The translations under genes were made by a program, and so were the position numbers. From an uncultured bacterium (GTDB taxonomy: Bacteria; Hydrothermota; Tepidihabitantia; Tepidihabitantales; Tepidihabitantaceae): a DNA stretch of 64,000 nt. The notes under the pieces were generated by a model. It saw only the letters and a program-made list of their open reading frames with translations. It was not told where the DNA came from and searched no databases. Shown here in pieces: positions 10,953-22,277 of this stretch. Location: positions 4,093 through 68,092 of the forward strand of contig CAZPVT010000006.1 of NCBI GenBank assembly GCA_964590395.1. Direction: 5' to 3'. Position 1 is the first letter of the stretch; each line of letters opens with the position of its first letter.

Positions 10953-11303
10953 TTACTGATATTCTTCACAGTGCCACACCCCGATTTCTTTGTTACGGAT
11001 GGCACAATCCTTACGGTTTTCACAGTTCACACATAAACCCTTATACTCATCCCATTCGCGCATCTCTTCTAATGTTGGAAACATCTCAACGGCAGTTTCC
11101 TCGGTGATTGTCGGCACTGTCGAGTCGAACTCCTCGCAAAACACCACCGGCTGCTTGTTCCTTACTCTGTAACCGCAGTGCGCAGCGTTATTACAAGTAA
11201 GACATAACCCCTGCTCTTCGGGCGGCACCACTCGGAGCTTTTTAGCCTTTATTTCACTTAATTTTTGGGCCGCTCTTTTGGTAGTTCTTGTAGAAACAGA
11301 CAT
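10953..11303 (-). CDS. small cysteine-rich protein with two repeated C-x2-C-x5-C-x11-12-C modules (putative metal/Fe-S binding)
   Basis: Two near-identical modules (GLCLTCNNAAHCGYRVRNK...FCEEF and GLCVNCENRKDCAIRNK...HCEEY). A perfect AGGAGG RBS sits 8 nt upstream, and a sigma54 promoter about 60 nt upstream. Confidence 0.55.
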   Translation of the reverse strand: MSVSTRTTKRAAQKLSEIKAKKLRVVPPEEQGLCLTCNNAAHCGYRVRNKQPVVFCEEFDSTVPTITEETAVEMFPTLEEMREWDEYKGLCVNCENRKDCAIRNKEIGVWHCEEYQ

Positions 11304-11376
11304 TTTAATCCTCCTTTTTTTACATTAGTTTTTCACCGCTACCCCAATTCCCTTTTCTTCCTCTTTTTTATTAAAA

Positions 11377-11392
11377 TGCAATTACCGTGCCA
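11377..11392 (-). promoter_or_regulatory. sigma54 (-24/-12) promoter
   Basis: The minus strand reads TGGCAC-GGTAA-TTGCA, an exact match to the RpoN consensus. It lies ~75 nt upstream of the Cys-rich gene ATG and is adjacent to an NtrC-family activator gene. Confidence 0.6.
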
Positions 11393-11565
11393 CATAGTTA
11401 ATTTCAGATAAAAATATATGGATTAATAAGGCTAACTTATTAATTGTTAATTAGTTACAAAATTAAAACGGCAGTCGTATTATTATCTCTTGACGAGGTT
11501 CGGACCGAATTGCACAGGGGAAAAACCCCCCACGTGGATATAAATTCCCCGATTTACAATTGAGG

Positions 11566-12912
11566 TTAGACCTTAGGTTTTTTTCGCAGCTTGATTCTCA
11601 GTGTTTTACGGTCGATGTTCAGAATCTTTGCCGCCTTCGTTAGATTACCGTCTACACTATTAAGAACCTGGCGAATGTAATCCTGCTCGGCTTCGGCGAG
11701 CGTCCGATTTAGTTTAAGTTCACTGGAAAGAGAGAATCTCATATATGGCGGCAAATCGGTAATATCTATTATTTCCCCATCAACCATTATCAATAGACGT
11801 TGGATAAGATTTTCAAGCTCCCGGACATTACCAGGCCATTCATATCGTTTGAACGTCTCGAGTACCTGGTCGGAAAGACGGGGTATGGACCTACCCATTT
11901 CTTGGGCGAACTTTTCTAAGAAATATCTTGCTAATAAAAATATATCATCGCCACGCTCGCGCAACGGAGGTAAAGATATGTTAAGTACATTCAAACGAAA
12001 GAACAGATCTTCTCGAAAAACCCCCTTTTGCACCAAACTTAATAGATCTTTGTTGGTTGCCACGATGATCCGAACATCAACTTTATAAGACTTCGAATCA
12101 CCGACCATTCTTACCTCTTTGTCCTGCAATACCCTTAAAAGTTTAACTTGCATTGATGGGGTAGTTTCACTTATTTCATCAAGAAATATCGAACCGCCAT
12201 CTGCCGTCTGAAAGAACCCTGCCCTGGTTTCATTTGCTCCCGTAAACGCCCCTTTCACATATCCAAACAACTCGCTTTCCAATAAACTCTCAGGAATACC
12301 TCCACAGTTAACTGGAACAAATGGTGCTGAAGCCCGTTTACTTGAATAATGTATTGCCCGTGCTACCAACTCTTTACCGGTTCCACTTTCACCCGTAATT
12401 AAAACAGTAGCCGATACTTTCGCCGCCCGTTCGATTGTAGCAAATACCTTTCTCATTACCTGTGATTCCCCAAGCAGACCGGGATAGACCTTTTGCACCG
12501 ATAACTTACTGATTGCCGCCGACCGTCGAATCCGAAGCTTATCCAGTGCCTGCTTCACTGCTTTGAACAACTCTTCATCAGTAAACGGCTTGGCTAAATA
12601 CTCCTCTGCCCCAGTCTTCACCGCCTGCACCGCACTCTCAACCGTCGCGTAGCCAGTAATCACCATTACTTCGGTATCTCTTAGGTTTTCTCGAACATAT
12701 CTTACCAAATCCAGCCCGCTCACTCCGGGCATCTTCAGGTCGGTTACTACTAAATCTACCGGTATCTCTTGTAAAATCTGCAAAGCCTCATTGACATTTC
12801 TCGCAGTATGAACCTTATAACCCTGAGATGTTAAATTCCTTTCCAGCACCTCAAGAGTTTCTATAATATCGTCGACAACTAACAAAGTTGCTTGCCGATT
12901 CTTCTCGATCAT
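11566..12912 (-). CDS. sigma54-dependent response regulator (NtrC family: REC + AAA+ sigma54-interaction + Fis HTH)
   Basis: Receiver domain with the conserved Asp region. AAA+ motifs GESGTGKE, GAFTGA and ESELFGY. C-terminal Fis-type HTH. Confidence 0.9.
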   Translation of the reverse strand: MIEKNRQATLLVVDDIIETLEVLERNLTSQGYKVHTARNVNEALQILQEIPVDLVVTDLKMPGVSGLDLVRYVRENLRDTEVMVITGYATVESAVQAVKTGAEEYLAKPFTDEELFKAVKQALDKLRIRRSAAISKLSVQKVYPGLLGESQVMRKVFATIERAAKVSATVLITGESGTGKELVARAIHYSSKRASAPFVPVNCGGIPESLLESELFGYVKGAFTGANETRAGFFQTADGGSIFLDEISETTPSMQVKLLRVLQDKEVRMVGDSKSYKVDVRIIVATNKDLLSLVQKGVFREDLFFRLNVLNISLPPLRERGDDIFLLARYFLEKFAQEMGRSIPRLSDQVLETFKRYEWPGNVRELENLIQRLLIMVDGEIIDITDLPPYMRFSLSSELKLNRTLAEAEQDYIRQVLNSVDGNLTKAAKILNIDRKTLRIKLRKKPKV

Positions 12913-14631
12913 TTATTTATTTCCTGATGATTTTATCGGTAATACGACCTCGAATCTACTCCCTTTCCCTGGTTCTGACTCTACATTTATTGAACCACCG
13001 TGAGCCACCACAATGCCATGCGCAACCGATAAACCCAAACCAGTCCCCTCACCTACTGGCTTGGTTGTAAAAAATGGAATAAATATCCGGGCTTTCACTT
13101 CATCGGTCATGCCAATGCCGGTATCTTCGATAATTAAAGAGATTACAGTATCTTTTGGAATCGTAGCAATTTTTAATCTCCCGCCATTGGGCATTGCCTG
13201 AATTGCATTAACAACCAGATTAACTAATACCTGGTGCAACTGTGTCGGGTCAGCTGAAATTTCGGGTAAATCTGATGCCAGGTCAAAGCTTAATTCAATA
13301 CCTGCCTTAGCACATCGGCTTTTTAGAAAATAAAGTCCGTCTATTACCAGATTATTCAAATTAACCGCAACCCGTTGTGGCGGTTGCACCCGGGCAAAGA
13401 ACATCAGTTTATTGATAACCTCCCGGGCATGGAGTGCAGCGGATACTATCCGCTCGATATCCTTCACCGCCTGTTTCGGAATTTCCGGCATCTTTACCGC
13501 CAATTGGGCAAAACCCAAGATGTTTGCCAGAGGCTCGTTTAATTCGTGCGCCACACCCGCTGCCAACTGTCCGATCGTAGCGAGACGATCCGCATGTCGA
13601 AGTTGATGTTCTAAACGAGTTTTCTCCTGCTTTGTCTCCCGTCGTTCGACGAAAATACCAATCTCCCGAGCTATCGCATCAATCAGTTTCCTTTCCTCTT
13701 TAAGAAATGGTCCCTCATCAAGTGTCGGAAGTTCTTTGTGGTAAAAAACCTCCGTTAAACCACGTTCCTGCCCCCGAACATAAATTGGTGCCGACTGACG
13801 ATGAAACACTTCACCATATCCGGGAGTAGCATATACTTTTCCATCCAGTTTAATCTGAGCAGAAGCAATCTCTGAGTAAAGCCAAGCCGGTGGCAATTTC
13901 GCCACGGCTGCCTGAAGCGCATCATTCAATTCCATCTCGTCCTTACTTAAAATCCGGTCAAGTTCATAAAGGCAGGTCAGTTCCTTTATCCGCTCTCGCA
14001 ATGCCGCCTGAGCTTGCCGATCTGCCCAAGCAACACCCAATGTCTGTGCTACCCCTTGATAAAATTCGACCTCGTAACTTTTGAAATAACCGGGCTGGCG
14101 GCTTTTAAGAAAAATTAGCCCGTGGCTCTTCTCAGTAATCGAGAAAGTCAATATCGCGACCGAACGGTAGTCCCCCGGTATTTTAATCAGCCGGCCATTT
14201 ATCTGTACCGGCTTGGTAGCATCCGAAGTCCAGAAAGCACCGTTGGCAGTAAAACCGGGTAGACCGGGATCATATTTGCCCGTGACCAGATCCCGACAGA
14301 ATTCAGTAAATTGCACATCCTCAACTTCATCCCCCGGGAAAATCTCATCTGAGTTCAAATTAGACCTGGGGGCTATGCTAAAGAAAAACCTATCCCTTGT
14401 CGAACGATCTAAAATCCCTCGATAATAACGGACACTTTCGTTAATACGTATCTCAATCTCATCACAATCCGAAAAATCCAGAAATTCATTTATTACAATC
14501 CGGGTAAATTCATTTCTTGGTACCCCCAGATTAGCAACGCGTAGAATACGTCGGGAAAGTGCACAGAACTCTTCGGCGAGTTTCTGTCCATAGCCTCGTC
14601 GCCGATGATTGTCTTTTCCTTTGTTGCTCAT
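12913..14631 (-). CDS. cytoplasmic sensor histidine kinase (GAF-like N-terminal sensor region + HisKA + HATPase_c)
   Basis: H-box HELNEPL, and an N/G1/G2 box (IEDTGIGM, GTGLGLS). No TM helices. The stop abuts the RR start. Confidence 0.85.
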   Translation of the reverse strand: MSNKGKDNHRRRGYGQKLAEEFCALSRRILRVANLGVPRNEFTRIVINEFLDFSDCDEIEIRINESVRYYRGILDRSTRDRFFFSIAPRSNLNSDEIFPGDEVEDVQFTEFCRDLVTGKYDPGLPGFTANGAFWTSDATKPVQINGRLIKIPGDYRSVAILTFSITEKSHGLIFLKSRQPGYFKSYEVEFYQGVAQTLGVAWADRQAQAALRERIKELTCLYELDRILSKDEMELNDALQAAVAKLPPAWLYSEIASAQIKLDGKVYATPGYGEVFHRQSAPIYVRGQERGLTEVFYHKELPTLDEGPFLKEERKLIDAIAREIGIFVERRETKQEKTRLEHQLRHADRLATIGQLAAGVAHELNEPLANILGFAQLAVKMPEIPKQAVKDIERIVSAALHAREVINKLMFFARVQPPQRVAVNLNNLVIDGLYFLKSRCAKAGIELSFDLASDLPEISADPTQLHQVLVNLVVNAIQAMPNGGRLKIATIPKDTVISLIIEDTGIGMTDEVKARIFIPFFTTKPVGEGTGLGLSVAHGIVVAHGGSINVESEPGKGSRFEVVLPIKSSGNK

Positions 14632-14684
14632 ATAGTTTAATGATCTAATTATTTAGATTGCCTTAATAGTTTCCGCATTAAGAA

Positions 14685-15035
14685 TGGAGGCGGCGGGAAT
14701 CGAACCCGCGTCCGAAGCGTTCAGTACCCAGGTTCTACATAGTTAGTCAGTCTATATTTCTCATCGCCTACTAAGCCGACTGACAGGCGGTAGCCGACCA
14801 GCCCCAGTAAAAATCCGGCTGCCATCCTGAGGCACAATAACAGCCTTGATCACCCTACTATACCCGCAACCAGCGCCGGGTGAAACTCGCTGGTCCAGGG
14901 GCTACCTTGCTTTAGGAAGCCAGTGCATAGCTGCTATTGGCAGCTGTAGTTCCTCTGTTGTTATTAACGAGGCAACAGAGGAGCCTCGCTATGCCCCTGA
15001 GTCCCTCAGTCACTTCGTCGAAACCATTCGCCCCC
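14685..15035 (-). ncRNA. ssrA: tmRNA (SsrA)
   Basis: 5' end GGGGGCGAAUGGUUUCGACG and 3' tRNA-like end GGACGCGGGUUCGAUUCCCGCCGCCUCCA on the minus strand. The acceptor stem pairs (GGGGGCG / CGCCUCC). An internal tag-like frame ends in a stop. Confidence 0.85.
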
Positions 15036-15100
15036 AGCAAGACTGAGGTATTATATATCCTTATATATTTTACCGCTTTTATTGGCTGGCGTCAACTGGT

Positions 15101-16555
<1,455 letters not shown>

Positions 16556-16611
16556 TCAAATAAATTCGGAGAAAAATACCCGCTGTGCTGGGGAGTTTTG
16601 TCCCGATATGA

Positions 16612-17457
16612 TTATTGTCTTTTCAACAGGAGTGCTTTCATTCTGTCTCTCACTGCCTGCATATCACTACACCGCCTTAAACTGATCGGCGCACCAACAT
16701 AGAAGTACTTCTCCCGCGGTTCATTGATGGCGTTAAAAAACCCGAACCCACTGCCTTGGATGTTTCCCTTATCTCCAGGTTCAATCGCTGGACCATTTCC
16801 TGACCAAACCACCACACACCCATCCCCCTCGTAGACATCAGCAACGAACGCCGGAAATATTCGTTCTGATGGAATAACCAGAAGAGTATCAGTCAGCAAC
16901 GTATCCAACTGAAATATTTGGTCATCATCTTCTCCGTTAGTGCCGCGGTAATTATACTCGATATCAATTTCGGCAAAATACCATTGCGCCCCAGCAGACT
17001 TAGACCAGGAAATATAAAGCGTGGAATCAAGGTCAAGGATATAACCTTCTCTTGGCCGGTGAATGCTAAAATTGCCCGGCATCGTAACCCGGGCACTTGC
17101 CTTCCCCCAGAAATGCTCTACCTTCAATTCATAAGGCTGATTAACCATAAATTGGTTGGAATCTTTATAAGCGTACTTCGTCCATGAGTAATAAAATGCT
17201 GGTAGCGACTCTTTGTTCAAAGAAACCACCGGCACCATCCGCAATCCCTTGGGGTCAAAAACCTCCACATACCGCTCATATTCAACGGTATTATCATAGT
17301 ACTCTCCCCGGTAAAGCCACCCATTAATCATTGGCTCTGAGTAATCCGGATCACGCCCGCAACAACCAGCCACGCTTACTACAAGGTAAAATCCGAAGCA
17401 TATCCACAACCAACAAATGACAAAAATTACTTTGAACTGCTCTCTGATTTTCACCAT
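16612..17457 (-). CDS. hypothetical lipoprotein
   Basis: Signal peptide with Cys-rich lipobox-like VAGCCG. No known domain recognised. Confidence 0.4.
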   Translation of the reverse strand: MVKIREQFKVIFVICWLWICFGFYLVVSVAGCCGRDPDYSEPMINGWLYRGEYYDNTVEYERYVEVFDPKGLRMVPVVSLNKESLPAFYYSWTKYAYKDSNQFMVNQPYELKVEHFWGKASARVTMPGNFSIHRPREGYILDLDSTLYISWSKSAGAQWYFAEIDIEYNYRGTNGEDDDQIFQLDTLLTDTLLVIPSERIFPAFVADVYEGDGCVVVWSGNGPAIEPGDKGNIQGSGFGFFNAINEPREKYFYVGAPISLRRCSDMQAVRDRMKALLLKRQ

Positions 17458-17564
17458 TTCTCCCTTTTAATTAAATCACCCCTCATCATGGCGTTTTACT
17501 TTTCTTCGTCATTGCGAACGAAGTGAAACAATCTCTTTGCGTGTAATCCCATTTTTCCTACCTA

Positions 17565-18659
17565 CTAATCCAAGCGAACCGGCATCAGGACATAAATGTC
17601 CTCACCGTCACTTTGGGAGTCAACCGGCTTGAAAACCGCTGGGGACATCGGGCTGGACAGTTCCACGCTCACCTGCTCGGTACTGATATGCTGGAGAATT
17701 TCCAATAGATACCCCCCATTAAACCCAACTTTAAGACTTTCCCCCTCGTAATGGCAATCAAGTTCCTCTTCACTCTTACCAACCTCATGGGACTCTGCCC
17801 GGACCATGAGTGCCCGCGGTGAGAACTCAAGACTTATCTGTTTACCGAAAGGATTAGCAAATATTAATGCTCGCCGGACCACCGCGCCCAACTCCTCTTT
17901 TTGGATAACCGCCCGATTCGGCAGCCCCTTCGGAATCACCCTTTCATATTCTGGATACTGTCCTTCAATCATTTTAGAAATCACCACCATATTTTCTAAT
18001 TTGAGACCAACCAGTTTCAAATCAGAAAACACCCGAACCTTTTCTTCGCCCCGGGGTAAAATTTTGATCGCCTTCGGAGTTATCAGCAGTCCGGTTTTAA
18101 CAGGAAGTTTCAATTTCCGGGTGATCAACCCCAACCGATAACTGTCCGTCGCGACCATTTTCGTTTCGTTCTTGCCGATCTCCCAATTAATTGCGGTCAT
18201 CAGTGGCCTGCCCTCGTCTTTACTGACTGCAAACTCACAGGCGTCAAACATTTCAAACAGTAAACCAAGAGGAAAGTCAAAAGTAATATCTTCTGGCATC
18301 TTTGGTAATTCCGGAAACTCCTCTGGTGCCAGATGAACAAAATCTGCCTTCATTCTTCCTGCCTCAAATCTCACCCGGTTCTCCACACGGCGAATGACAA
18401 CATCAGTTGACTGACTTGACCGCACTAACTCTGCTAACCGCCGGCCATTGACTAAAGCCTTTCCCTCTTCAACCTTACCTTCCAGTCTAACTTCCTTGTG
18501 AACTACGGTATCACCATCGGCAGCGGTAAGAGCCAGTCGTCCCGGTGTTATTTCTAAAAGAACATTTTCAAATACCGGATAGGTGGTTTTACCGGGAATA
18601 ATCATAACAACCGTCTCCAATACATCAGCAAAAATCTCCCGTTCTAACGAACAACGCAT
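17565..18659 (-). CDS. dnaN: DNA polymerase III beta sliding clamp
   Basis: 364 aa with the three-domain clamp pattern. The N-terminal IFADVLETV... region is typical of DnaN. Confidence 0.85.
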   Translation of the reverse strand: MRCSLEREIFADVLETVVMIIPGKTTYPVFENVLLEITPGRLALTAADGDTVVHKEVRLEGKVEEGKALVNGRRLAELVRSSQSTDVVIRRVENRVRFEAGRMKADFVHLAPEEFPELPKMPEDITFDFPLGLLFEMFDACEFAVSKDEGRPLMTAINWEIGKNETKMVATDSYRLGLITRKLKLPVKTGLLITPKAIKILPRGEEKVRVFSDLKLVGLKLENMVVISKMIEGQYPEYERVIPKGLPNRAVIQKEELGAVVRRALIFANPFGKQISLEFSPRALMVRAESHEVGKSEEELDCHYEGESLKVGFNGGYLLEILQHISTEQVSVELSSPMSPAVFKPVDSQSDGEDIYVLMPVRLD

Positions 18660-18780
18660 ATTGCCTCCTTTGTGAAATAAACCATTAATATAGTTTTACT
18701 CTTTTACATCTCATTGTCAAGTTTGCCCTGTCTGAAAGATGATTTTGACTTACCGATCATTTTTTCTAAATTACTTCATT

Positions 18781-19920
18781 ATGAAAATCCATGAGTACCA
18801 AGCTAAACAAATTTTTGCCCAGATGAGAATACCCATTCCCCGTGAGCAGGTAGCGCAGACTACTTTTGAGGCAAAGGAAATCGCTCAAGCACTCGGCATG
18901 CCAGTGGTCATTAAGGCTCAAGTCCTCGTCGGGGGTAGAGGAAAAGCAGGGGGAGTAAAAAGAGTAGAGAAAATTGACGATGTTCCCGTGGTTGCGGAAA
19001 GTATTCTGGGAATAATGATTAAAGGACTGAAAGTGGCAAAGGTGCTGGTTTCAGAATGCATTCCTATCAAAGCGGAGTTTTATGTTGGCATCACCATTGA
19101 CCGAGCGCTGCGCCAACCGGTCCTTTTAGCCTCTGCCGCCGGAGGTGTGGAGATCGAAGAGATTGCCCGCAGTAATCCGGAAAAGATCCACAAATGTAGA
19201 ATTGATCCGCTTCTCGGACTTTTGCCATTTCAAACCCGGGACATCGGATTTACTCTGTTCACTGAACCGGCACTCACTCAGGAATTTAACTCAATTACCC
19301 AGAAACTCTACCGCCTATTTATTGAACAGGACTGCTCGCTGGTTGAAATCAACCCACTGGTCTTAACCACCAGCGGTAAATTGATCGCCCTGGATGCCAA
19401 GATTAACTTTGACGACAATGCCCTTTTCCGGCACCCGGAAAATGAAGCCCTGCGGGACTTCAGTGCTGAAGAGCCCACCGAGGTGGAAGCCAAAAAAGCC
19501 GGCCTCTCCTATATTAAACTTTCCGGCAATGTCGGTTGTGTGGTTAACGGCGCCGGTTTAGCAATGGCAACCATGGATTTGATCAAACAATTTGGTGGCG
19601 AACCAGCAAACTTCCTTGATGTTGGTGGCTCCTCATCACCTGAAAAGATGGTCACCGCCCTGCGCATCATCCTCTCTGATCTGAATGTCAAAGCAATTTT
19701 AGTTAACATCTTTGGCGGTATCACCCGTTGCGATGACATCGCTCGGGGTATAATCCTTGCCCAACAACAGGCTGATATCAAAGTTCCACTCGTCGCTCGG
19801 CTGGTCGGTACCAATGCGGAACAGGCAAAAGAACTACTCGCTAACAGCCCGATCCTCTGGGCAAATACTATGTCCGAAGCGGTAAAACTGGCGGTGGTAA
19901 AGGCAAAGGAGGCGAAGTGA
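18781..19920 (+). CDS. sucC: succinyl-CoA synthetase beta subunit
   Basis: [13 protein letters not shown]-terminus and an ATP-grasp domain. The start is moved to an internal Met matching the family N-terminus. Confidence 0.9.
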   Translation: MKIHEYQAKQIFAQMRIPIPREQVAQTTFEAKEIAQALGMPVVIKAQVLVGGRGKAGGVKRVEKIDDVPVVAESILGIMIKGLKVAKVLVSECIPIKAEFYVGITIDRALRQPVLLASAAGGVEIEEIARSNPEKIHKCRIDPLLGLLPFQTRDIGFTLFTEPALTQEFNSITQKLYRLFIEQDCSLVEINPLVLTTSGKLIALDAKINFDDNALFRHPENEALRDFSAEEPTEVEAKKAGLSYIKLSGNVGCVVNGAGLAMATMDLIKQFGGEPANFLDVGGSSSPEKMVTALRIILSDLNVKAILVNIFGGITRCDDIARGIILAQQQADIKVPLVARLVGTNAEQAKELLANSPILWANTMSEAVKLAVVKAKEAK

Positions 19921-20777
19921 GTATTCTGATCGACGAAAACACCCGCGTAATCGTTCAAGGTATCACCGGCAGAGATGGTGCCTTCCATACCAAAATGATG
20001 AAAGAATACGGCACAAATATCGTTGCCGGTGTAACACCCGGAAAACGCGGGCAGGAGGTGGAAGGTATTCCGGTCTTTAACTCGGTGGCAGCGGCAGTCA
20101 AGGCGACTGATGCCAACACCTCAATTATCTTTGTCCCTGCCAACTTCACTGGTGATGCTCTTTTGGAAGCAATCTTTGCTGGTATTAAACTCATCGTCTG
20201 CGTAACCGAAGGTGTGCCAACACTTGATGCCATCCGAGCAATTGCTGTTGCCCAAAACCGGGGTGTGAGAATAGTCGGACCAAACTGTCCGGGTGCAATT
20301 TCCCCGGGCAAGGCGAAGGTAGGAATAATGCCTCATAGTGCGTTTAAACCTGGGTGTATTGGCGTCGTTTCTCGCTCAGGCACTCTGACTTACGAAATCG
20401 CTGCCAACACCGGTGATTTCGGCCAGTCAACCGTGATTGGCATCGGCGGTGACCCGGTCATCGGCACAAACTTCATTGACTGTCTGAAGATGTTTCAGGA
20501 CGACCCCGAAACCAAAGCAATTGTGATCGTCGGTGAAATTGGTGGTAGCGATGAAGAACGGGCAGCAGAGTTTGTAAAGGAGTACGTTACCAAGCCGGTA
20601 TTCGGTTTCATTGCAGGACAGACCGCACCGCCAGATAAAAGGATGGGACACGCCGGCGCTATCATCTCCGCAGGTACCGGTACCGCCACAGAAAAAATAC
20701 GGGCATTTCAAAATGCGAGCATTGAAGTCATTTACGAACCCGAAGAATTGCGGCAAAAACTTCTGGCAAGAATATAA
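19917..20777 (+). CDS. sucD: succinyl-CoA synthetase alpha subunit
   Basis: GTG start overlapping the sucC stop (GTGA). CoA-binding and His-loop motifs (GITGRDG ... MGHAGAI). Confidence 0.9.
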   Translation: MSILIDENTRVIVQGITGRDGAFHTKMMKEYGTNIVAGVTPGKRGQEVEGIPVFNSVAAAVKATDANTSIIFVPANFTGDALLEAIFAGIKLIVCVTEGVPTLDAIRAIAVAQNRGVRIVGPNCPGAISPGKAKVGIMPHSAFKPGCIGVVSRSGTLTYEIAANTGDFGQSTVIGIGGDPVIGTNFIDCLKMFQDDPETKAIVIVGEIGGSDEERAAEFVKEYVTKPVFGFIAGQTAPPDKRMGHAGAIISAGTGTATEKIRAFQNASIEVIYEPEELRQKLLARI

Positions 20778-20780
20778 CGA

Positions 20781-21245
20781 CTATAACTTCGTCTGGGGTT
20801 TACTCCTCTGCCAGTAAATTAAAGTTCCAATCGTACCTTGGGCGTCTCGGATCAATGTACAGAACACCCCTTCGTTACCTGAATTCTCTCCCTCGTCAAC
20901 ATCCTCGGCTGAAATCACTATTGCCTTCTCCCCGCGCGAGGTACTGAACCCTACCCCTTCCCATAAACCGGTAATCGCCTGCCGATAAAATTTCTCCACC
21001 ACCGGTAAAGAGTCATCCGTCTGAAAAATGTAGAACCGATTGATGCCGGCATCACTACTTTCACCAGACTGATCAATTTCTATTGCATTCGGATATTTTA
21101 GTGCTGCCGGCAATTCCACGAGATCAGCACTCATTGCCTTTACCGCATCAGCCTTTTTAACCCTGGGTTCAACTTTGGTTTTGGTTCCGCTACAGTTAGT
21201 AAACACAAGCACCGCCAAAACTGCCATCAACCTATACCACCTCAT
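20781..21245 (-). CDS. hypothetical lipoprotein
   Basis: Signal peptide with lipobox LVFTNC. Confidence 0.4.
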   Translation of the reverse strand: MRWYRLMAVLAVLVFTNCSGTKTKVEPRVKKADAVKAMSADLVELPAALKYPNAIEIDQSGESSDAGINRFYIFQTDDSLPVVEKFYRQAITGLWEGVGFSTSRGEKAIVISAEDVDEGENSGNEGVFCTLIRDAQGTIGTLIYWQRSKPQTKL

Positions 21246-21437
21246 ACTACACGCCTTTCTGGTATACTCATAATAGCAAAGAAAAGTGAAATGTCAATTC
21301 TACTTATTCTAAACGGTATAATCCTTAAAAGTTTGTTTGACGCCTTAATAAAACATCTCTTTTTTCTATAGCCAAAACCGGCGTGTCAAAATGGTTGTTG
21401 ACTATTCTACGGAAAAGGATATTATTTAAATCTGAAA

Positions 21438-22277
21438 ATGAGGTTCGGGTTCCACATCTCCATTGCAGGAGGGTTCGCCAATGTGCACCAACGCGCAGAA
21501 GAACTCGGTTGTGATACCATCCAGTTGTTCACCCGTTCGCCGCGCGGCTGGGCCGCTCCCAAGCTGGATGAAAACGACGTGGCAAAGTTTCGGCGAGACA
21601 CTCGGACCTCAAAAATATGTCCGGTCTTTGCCCATGCACCTTATCTACCCAATCTCGCTGCAGTTGACCCAGAAATCCGCAAACTTTCCATCGCCGCAAT
21701 TACCGACGATTTAAAAAGATGTGCCATACTGGGAATTAAATTTCTTGTCGTTCATGTTGGCAAAGCGCTGGGGGCAGATGAAAAAGTTGCCTTTAAAAAG
21801 GTAGCGGATAACCTGAACCGGATACTAAAAATTGCCGAAAACCAAGTTATGGTACTTTTAGAAAATACCGCTGGTATGGGTTCAGAGATCGGCTACCGTT
21901 TTGAACAGATCGCTGAGATCATTGATTTAGTAGAACAGCGCGACCGGATCGGAGTCACACTGGACACTGCCCATTCATTTGAAGCGGGCTATGACTGGCG
22001 TTCCCGACCCACGGTTGACGAAACACTGCGTCATTTTGACCGGACAATTGGCATGGGCAGACTGTACCTGATTCACCTTAACGATTCCAAAACTCCGTTC
22101 GATTCCCGGGTTGACCGGCATTGGCACATTGGTAAAGGCGAAATCGGTATTGAAGGATTCAAGGTAATTGTGAATCATCCACTACTAAAAAAACTACCGG
22201 CAATAATGGAAACGCCGCGCAAGAGCATAAAAGAGGATCTGGAAAACATGCGCACCGTCCGGAGCATCACCAAGTGA
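21438..22277 (+). CDS. nfo: endonuclease IV (AP endonuclease family 2, TIM barrel)
   Basis: FGFHISIAGG, HAPYLPNLA and LENTAG Nfo signature regions. Confidence 0.85.
   Translation: MRFGFHISIAGGFANVHQRAEELGCDTIQLFTRSPRGWAAPKLDENDVAKFRRDTRTSKICPVFAHAPYLPNLAAVDPEIRKLSIAAITDDLKRCAILGIKFLVVHVGKALGADEKVAFKKVADNLNRILKIAENQVMVLLENTAGMGSEIGYRFEQIAEIIDLVEQRDRIGVTLDTAHSFEAGYDWRSRPTVDETLRHFDRTIGMGRLYLIHLNDSKTPFDSRVDRHWHIGKGEIGIEGFKVIVNHPLLKKLPAIMETPRKSIKEDLENMRTVRSITK

Noticed and set aside
11523-11545. GGGG-AAAAA-CCCC plus CACGTG palindrome downstream of the response-regulator gene as a terminator
   Set aside because: The stem is only 4 bp and there is no U-tract on the minus strand, so it is too weak to call. 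It may still be a protein-binding palindrome.
17490-17530. Hairpin CTTCGT-N8-ACGAAG between dnaN and the upstream lipoprotein gene
   Set aside because: A 6-bp stem without a flanking T-run on the relevant strand. It is not convincing as a terminator.
19509-20336. Antisense ORFs of 118-159 aa inside sucC/sucD
   Set aside because: They run opposite to strongly conserved SucC/SucD coding sequence. These are typical shadow ORFs of GC-biased genes.
21399-21433. Sigma70-like promoter (TTGACT-16-TATTAT) for nfo, and similar TTGACT-16-TAACAT / TTGACT-16-TAATCT elements before tRNA-Pro and tRNA-Gln
   Set aside because: They are plausible, but each has 1-2 mismatches in the -10 and I cannot score them against a genome-specific background. 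I therefore left them out of the feature table.
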